Assembly (NCBI RefSeq): GCF_009914755.1
Contig: NC_060933.1
Direction: 5' to 3' (one strand)
From: the human T2T-CHM13v2.0 reference genome, Homo sapiens
DNA: 64,000 nt
The notes below the pieces were generated by a model that had not been told where the DNA came from, did not search any database, and was given only the letters and a program-made list of their open reading frames with translations. Positions 56,059 to 64,000 of the stretch are shown here, piece by piece (within the stretch, counting starts at the first letter, position 1; each line of letters starts with the position of its first letter). The position numbers and the translations under genes are program-made.

Positions 56059-56723
56059 TGTGAATACAGTTTTTAATCAAAGATTATACTTGGAAAATAC
56101 AGCAAGAGGCAACACCTCACTTTGTAAACAGTAGGGGCACAATAAAGACCATGAGAGTTAGAGTTGCACATGGAAAGTGCCTAGCACATGTGGGACACAT
56201 ACCAGGCACTCAATGAAAGGCATTTTATTAACGTTAAACTTCTAATGCCATTGGGTGCTGTCTACAGATTCCAGATTTTGTAGGGCAATCCTGATTTCAA
56301 ACGACTTACAGATATATGAATGTTCCATTTCTTAAAGTTTTATGTATCCACTTTAATAAAGACAGCTTGCTAGAGTTAAAAGATAGTTGTGATAGATATG
56401 TGATACATCTTTGAGCTGCTCTACAAACTCAGGGGAACCAGAAGCAGTAGCATGCTGGCACAAATTGCCACACCCTGGGCCCATGAGACACCAGAGCCCT
56501 GGGAGTCAGGGTTGGGTAACAGGGCTGCTACTAGGGCTCCTCCCTGGCTGCCCTGAAGCCTGAGACAACGAAAGGGTAATGCCGCCGCTTTATTTCCAAA
56601 GGGTCTGTCTACATTCGGATCTGGGAAACTGTTCTTTCGCAAGCCAATGAACCATAGACACAAAGAAGGGAGAGGAACACATGCAAATGACAGAGCAAAC
56701 CCAACTCCACTATTATAATTTTA

Positions 56724-57025
<302 letters not shown>

Positions 57026-57225
57026 GGCAAAGTATTCCATATTCTTATTTTTTAAAGTAAGGGACTTAGGCCTCTAATTGAAGAATATGAGTTCCGTTGA
57101 AAAAAAGGAGGAGAATAAGAAAACAGTCTTGATTTATAAATACCCAATTTGTAAGTAACCTGTATAAATGAATCATGGGTGGCTCACTACAGTAATCAAC
57201 CTACATCAAGCTGGCCTAGCCCAAT

Positions 57226-57243
57226 GCCACCACCTAGTGGCGA
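57226..57243 (-). promoter_or_regulatory. Candidate CTCF site
   Basis: Minus strand reads tcgCCACTAGGTGGTGgc, with a C>T change at a core C; motif match only. Confidence 0.4.
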
Positions 57244-57904
57244 TCAGAGGAAGACATGCCACCTCCTACGCTGGCATTCAAGGGAAACAGGGACAGCTCT
57301 GCTCTTTCTTGCTTATCACTTCCAGTTCAGCTTATTTCAAAAATCCTTTTTGCAGTATAGAAGCCCTTCTCCGTGGCGCAGTCCCCTTTTCCCAATTCTT
57401 CCCTATGAACTCAGGAAAGCGCCTTCTTCCCTCTACTTTTTTTTTTTCCTTTTAGCTATTTCTGAGCTCCAACAGATGACCGATCTAGAGAAGGGCATTT
57501 CTAGCATGGAAAAGTACATGTACTATCAGCCACCCTAGACAATGATTCATCAAATTAAGTGCACTTCTCGTCAAATGCCAATATTTAACGTATTGCAGAC
57601 ACATGCTTCATTCATTTAGCAGCTAATATAGTACCAGCGTTGTTCTCTCTCGTCACTGTAGACACACAGATGCTGGGTTGCATTATGTGGTATCGAGTTC
57701 TTTGTGGGGCCAACCAGGGCCCCAACAAGCAACAATCACTCGCATTGCTCACGCCTTTAGGAAGACAGAAACCATGCTTTCCTACTGCTGTTGGTACCTC
57801 AAAGAGGACAGCTTCTCATTCCAGTCTGTTTTAAAGCCAGGCCTAACTGTTCCTTAAACTCCTCTGAAGTAAGTGGGGTATTCCCTTCTAAAGATAAAAT
57901 TTAC

Positions 57905-58103
57905 TAGTGAGACCATCATATCTACAAAAAAAAAAAAAAATTAGCTGCATGTGGTGGCACCTGTCTGTAGTCCTAGGTATTTGGGAGGCTGAGGTGGGAG
58001 AATCGCTTGAGCCCAGGAGGTCAAGGCTGCAGGGAGCTATGACCGCACCACTGCTCTGCAGCCTGGGCAACAGAGCGAGACCTCATCCAAAAAAAAAAAA
58101 AAA
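57905..58103 (+). mobile_element. 5'-truncated AluJ-like element
   Basis: End of the left arm, linker, right arm and poly-A. Confidence 0.85.
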
Positions 58104-58436
58104 ATTTACAAACACTTGGGTGGGGATTTATTTATCATTTATTAAGCACTAAGATGAGCTCAAACTAAGAATGTCTGCTCACTGATCAAGATATTAAAAA
58201 AATAGTGACTGAAATGAGACTTTCTTTTTAACCAGTGACTTAAAACTAGCGTACACAAGAATCATCTGGGGACTTGTTAAAAATGCAGATTCTTGGTTAC
58301 CATCCACAGAGATTTTGGTTCAGTAAGGGCCCAGGAAACTGCATTGTAAAACAAAAAATAATTTTCTGGACTTATAGAAAAGTTGCAAGAAAAACAAACT
58401 CCTGTGTAACCCTTTTGCCCTGGATTCAATTGTTAA

Positions 58437-58752
<316 letters not shown>

Positions 58753-61700
58753 CACATACACTTTATTTCCCATGTCTCTCATCTGTATACACACACAGAC
58801 ACACCAGGCTTTTCTCTGAACCACTTGCTGCAGAGATCATGCCCCTTTATCTCGAAATATTTTAGCATGTATCTCCCCCTAATAAGGGCATTTCATAACC
58901 ACAGTACAATTATCACACTGAAGAAATTTAACTGATAAGCACTTATCTAATATCCAGTCCATACTAAAATTTTGCAAATTGTTCCAAAGATGTCCTTTAT
59001 TTATCTTCCCCGATCCACAATCCAAATCAGGATCATGCCTGGTTTTACTTGTCATATGGAAGGCACTTTTTTTTTTTTTTAAAGAGACAGGGTACTCATT
59101 ATGTTGCCCAGGCTGGCCTCAAACTCCTGGGCTCAAGCAATCCTCCTGCCTCAGGCATCCTAAGAAGCTGGGACTACAAATGTATACCAACGCACCCAGC
59201 TTGAAGTTGCATTTTAAATAAATACCCCCTGACCCTCATGGCAATGGTGCAGCTGGTCTGAGAGCCACACGGTGGAAAATCTTCCACCAGACAATCTTCA
59301 GAGTTCCTTTTGGTTCTGCCTGTCTATGCTTACAGCCAGGGTCTTTGTTAGGTGGGCATCCTTATGTCAGTTTTACTGTCTACATTACAAGTCACCTCCC
59401 AGAGCTAAATAGAGTTTCTGTAGCTTGGCAGCTGTCCCATCACTCGGTCTGGGAGAAGTGCTTCCTAAATCATTGTTGATGAAGTAACAGATTTTCCAGT
59501 CTATATGTCAGTGCTGGGATTAGTACTGTTGTCTAAATAGAGAAGAAAGCAACAGGAAAACTGCCATCATTCAAAAAGGACTGTATCACTTGATATTGCA
59601 TAACCAGATGTCTTGGCTTGTTCACTCAAATGAGTTCACATCATTCACCAACACCAATGCTTAACAATTTGTCCAAATTATAAAAGGCCACACAATGCAC
59701 ACACCCTTCCTCAGAAACCCGTTGAGTCAACCAGCACTTTCTTAAAGCAGCAGCAATGAAACAAGATGCATACATTTTGTGCTATTTATCAGGCTTTGAA
59801 AATGTTCTTTTTAAAAATGTTATTTAATATTTTCTGTTTTCACCATCATTTTTATTTTTTTGCGAACGTTCTTAATGAAATTCAGCCCAACTAATTAAAA
59901 ATTAGTCATTTCAGTTTTCATTTGTGAAATGCCCAAATATCTTAGAAAACACTTTCCTATACATTTCCCTTTATTAGTTTTAAAATAAGTACAGTTGATA
60001 ACAAAATTACTGTACAACTGGTACCTGGAATTTAATCTTTTTCCTCATAACTCTATAATTTCATAAATTGATCAACACTACCTTCTGCCATTTTTAGCCT
60101 GCTTTCTTGGCTTTTAAATTTTCCAAAGTACAATACTACATAACAATACAAAGATAAATACACTAAATACACTAACTTATTTTTAAAATTAGGTTTTAAT
60201 GTAAACATAATCGTGACTGAATACTTGCTAAACTAGAAAAACAAACGTCCTTATTCAGGGAGGAATACCTCATATGGCTAATTCAACGTTAAAGCCAAGA
60301 AACAAATTTATCCTGAACCTATATACTAAAACATTAATTTTTAAATAACATTTTTAAAGCATAAAGTCTGCTAATGAATAACACAGTTGACAATGCCAGT
60401 GCTGGTGAACAAAACTTTTTAAAAATTTGGGTATTTATGAATGTGTTAATACCTTTTATGAAAAAATGATTTATGAACATATTTAATACTCGAGTCTTCA
60501 GATTTTTCTCTAGCACAAGGGAGACACACTCACACAGGTCACTTTAATAATACAGCACAATACTCCGTCGAATCATCTTGCAGTTGTCAATCCTGATACT
60601 CCAAAAGTACAATTTTGGGATCAAATCATTTGTTCTACAGACCCTGTAATTTGTTCGGGGAGTGGCTCTCTGACTGAAGCCCCTGGGAAGCCCGGGTGGA
60701 GTCATTTGTAGGACCCGTTGTATTCAAACTGAGATCTGTAATTACTGGCCTTCTTTTCATACGACTTCAAAATGTCAAATAGTTTTCTTATTATGGAGTT
60801 GGGGTTTATTTATAGGTTTTATTTATAGGTTCGACACCATGACACTTGCAAAACTAACAAAATAAAAGTTATACTTGATCCTGGCAGGGTAAGAAGTAGT
60901 AGTTTTAAGCTCCCTGAAGGGCAAGATAAAGAATGCTGCGGGAGCCGCGGGCAGTTTCGGGAAAGAGGTAATGTTGCTATAAAGAGAAACCAATCTCTTA
61001 AGTGCCATGAGCTGGGTTTTCAGTGTTGTGATGAGAAGCTAGTAACTAAAACACAAAGTTTGCCTTGAAGCCGGCAGAAAACTCATGCTAAGTATATTAA
61101 ATGAAGCCATTCAATTTAAAGAAAAACCTTTTTCTTGAAGTATCACAGAGAGAAAAAGTACAAATGCTAAATATAGTGCTCCCCAGGAGCCCAGCAGGAG
61201 CCCCTCATGTCCTCTTCCAGACACTCCCTTCCACAGGTGACCACTCTCTCCTGACTTACAACGCCATCCTCCTGAGTTTTTTAAAAATTAGATTGTGTTA
61301 GAAGTTCTTTTTTTTTTTTTAAAGAGTTTTAGGAAATCTGATTATGATGCAGTGTCAAACAGCACACCCCCAAATTCCACAGGTCTCAACTTTCCCTGGG
61401 TTGCTTCTCGGTACCCATGTGGATGTCTTGGGTGGGTTGCAAAGAAATAAGATTTGGTTTTGCCCAGGTAGTCACTGAACAGTGACTGGTAACCTTTCCC
61501 CACTGCGCGCCACCTTGGTGAACCCAGACACTTAAGAGCCAGCAAACCTGCCTCCTGGGAGAAAAATAGGGCAAATGCCAGCCCATGGGGGGGTTTTAAC
61601 CAAGTCATACTGAGGAAAATGACATCAGGACTTACCCCAGACAAGCTGTCCCCACGACAGCCTCCAAGCAACCTGCATCTGACTACGATTTCATGGGCTT

Positions 61701-64000
61701 GTCAATCTTGTTTACAATTACTTTTAGCCTCCTTGGTTGCTACTTTGGCAAAGGAGTTCCGCATCATTTACTCTCTCGATGTTCATTTACTCTGTGCCGT
61801 CTCTGCGCCAGGCCAGGGAGTGGGCAGTATCAAGTTCTAGGGGAGAGGAAGCCCCAGGGTGCTGGAGGAACACAAGGAGGGCTCTGGATCCACCAGGGTG
61901 GGGTGGGTGTCAGGACCGGTTCACAGAAATTTCATGGGGAGTCTTGCAGGATAAGGGGTATTGGCCAGGGAGAAGCTGCAGCATTCCAGACACCGCAAAA
62001 CCCATGTGCAAAGGTTGGGGGGGAAAATGCACGCATGGTATGGGAACTCCACAGAAACTGATTTAGCAGGCGTTCCTGAGGAATAACTGAAATCTTAGCG
62101 AAATCTCAGGGCGGATAAGATTAGGTACTTCAAAAATCCAAGGGGCTGTCACACAGAAGAGGAATTAGGATACAATGTAAGGCTGTGGGAAAGTTACCAG
62201 CATCAGAATCAGACAGCTGTGGGGGGACCTCAGCTTCATCACTTACTGAGATTAACTTCGGAGAGACTGCTTACCCTCTCTGAGACTCAGTTTCCCTACC
62301 TATAAAAGAGGAAGGATTTCCCTAAGGTTGTTTTAATCACTGGAGATAATGTGTATGCAAATTAACTTGCACCTAGCTACTATAATTAGACTGATTTTTT
62401 TAGGTCCCAAAGGTTCAATGGGTAGAAGATGAAAGAAACACATTTCTCTTCAACAGACGAAGGAGCTTTTAAACAGTTAAACCTGCACAAATATGGAAGG
62501 AAGTGCCCTGTAAGAGAGTGAGCTCCTCATCACTAGAGGTAATCAAGCAGAGAAGCTGGATGAGACCCTTGGTGAGAAGGCCTCAGAGGGCAGACTGACA
62601 GTGAAGAGTGGGATAGATGAACTCTGGGCTTTCAGGACTTCTGTTTCAACAATTCCAAGGTTAAGTTTCTGTACATGTAAGCCTCAATGTGGTATTGTTC
62701 AAAACTGAATTTCCTTTCATGTATACTTTCTCATCGGAAATAATTCTAAATGAATACCTCATTCTTGGAAAAAACTGAAATGGCCCATCAAACCGTGAAA
62801 TAGGAGATGAGGGACTATAACAAGCAAAAATATGTAAAGCTCACAAAATAGACAATGGAATATGTTTTACATTTAGCTGTTTCTACCTAAAATTAAGCTA
62901 CTGATCTCATTTCATTTTCCCTCCGAGTAGTTCCACTAGGCCCCAGACAGACTGGAAATCAGGATGGAATACATTTACTCCACAGGGACATGAATCAAGT
63001 TGCATAAACCTTACAAAAATACTCTGCTAATATTTGCTCTCAGGCACAGACACGCCCATTTGGGTGTCAGTCCACGATATTTCTATCTTAGGCTCTGGCC
63101 CCCACCCCTTTACAGCCAAAAGCAGCAGAAGCCTTCAGAAAAGAAAACAGCTAAAGTCACTTTGAAAGGTTTGAGATGTGCTAATCACAGTGCATACCAG
63201 CCAAGAAGCTGGAATCTCACAACCGGACCATCCTGCCAGCCTCTGTTCCCGCCAAGGAGTCTGAAGCCAGTGGTAGTCCGGCCAGAGAAACCCAATCCTC
63301 ACCACCAGTGTCCCTCGCCATAATTTTATCTCAAGGAAACAGAGAAAAATACTCTCCACTTACCCCCACGAAGCATCATCTTATTTGTCTCTGATCAGCC
63401 AGGTGACTCGCGAAGTCACTAACTCACTTTTCTCTGGCTCGGTTTCCCAGGTTAGAGCCCTCTAAAGCTTTTTCCAGCTTTAAAATCCTCTGCCTGTAAG
63501 GTTTTAATCCAGGGGGCCATCTCAGGTTATATTAGGTTCGGTAACCCTGCTGGTTGCCAGTGTGCCCCTAGAAACCATAAAATATTTTTATGCAGCCTAT
63601 TCAGATTTCCAGGGCTTTGTACCCTGATAAAATGGGGTCAGCAAATTAATGAAACTCTTTAAAAAGACTTCTAAAAGGCATGCCAAAATGCAAATCAGGA
63701 GAACAACATTTAGGAACAAATGAATGAAATGTATATGTTTATCAAAATAACAAGTTGTAAACCTTAAAAAAAAAAACAGTAAAAAGTAAACAAAAGGAAT
63801 GTATAATTGCTACTAAAAAATAAAAGGTAAAGAAAAAAAGGAAATAATATATGTCATTGCTGCTGTTGATGCATTTATCTGTACTGAGGCCTTCCACATG
63901 CTGGGAGCTGAGAATACAGAGATAAAGACAACCCTCTCACTGATTTCAAGAGTGGTCCGTGACTGGACCAAGAAGATCTTTGCTTGGGAGTACTCTGGGA

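Overview
Human/primate genomic DNA, dense in Alu, L2, MIR and MER repeats, lying wholly inside the PTPN3 gene (PTPH1, FERM-PDZ protein tyrosine phosphatase; human chr9q31 from recall), which is transcribed on the minus strand. I assembled 13 consecutive coding exons by hand (conventional exons 2-14). All have GT-AG boundaries and consistent phases, giving 1313 nt of uninterrupted reading frame: Met1 through the FERM domain and the Ser-rich linker to codon 438. Exon 1, the promoter, and the PDZ and phosphatase exons lie outside the window. Almost all other ORFs in the track are repeat-derived or random. I found no convincing new protein-coding system. The best second-look items are a perfectly identical 165-bp tandem duplication inside an old AluJ, two further trimeric Alus, an old local duplication of a MER3 end plus unique flank, a motif-dense candidate bidirectional promoter or alternative first exon in intron 14, and the skippable exon 13 that carries the 14-3-3 site. 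Exon coordinates were checked by length and phase. Repeat boundaries and subfamily names are by eye and approximate.
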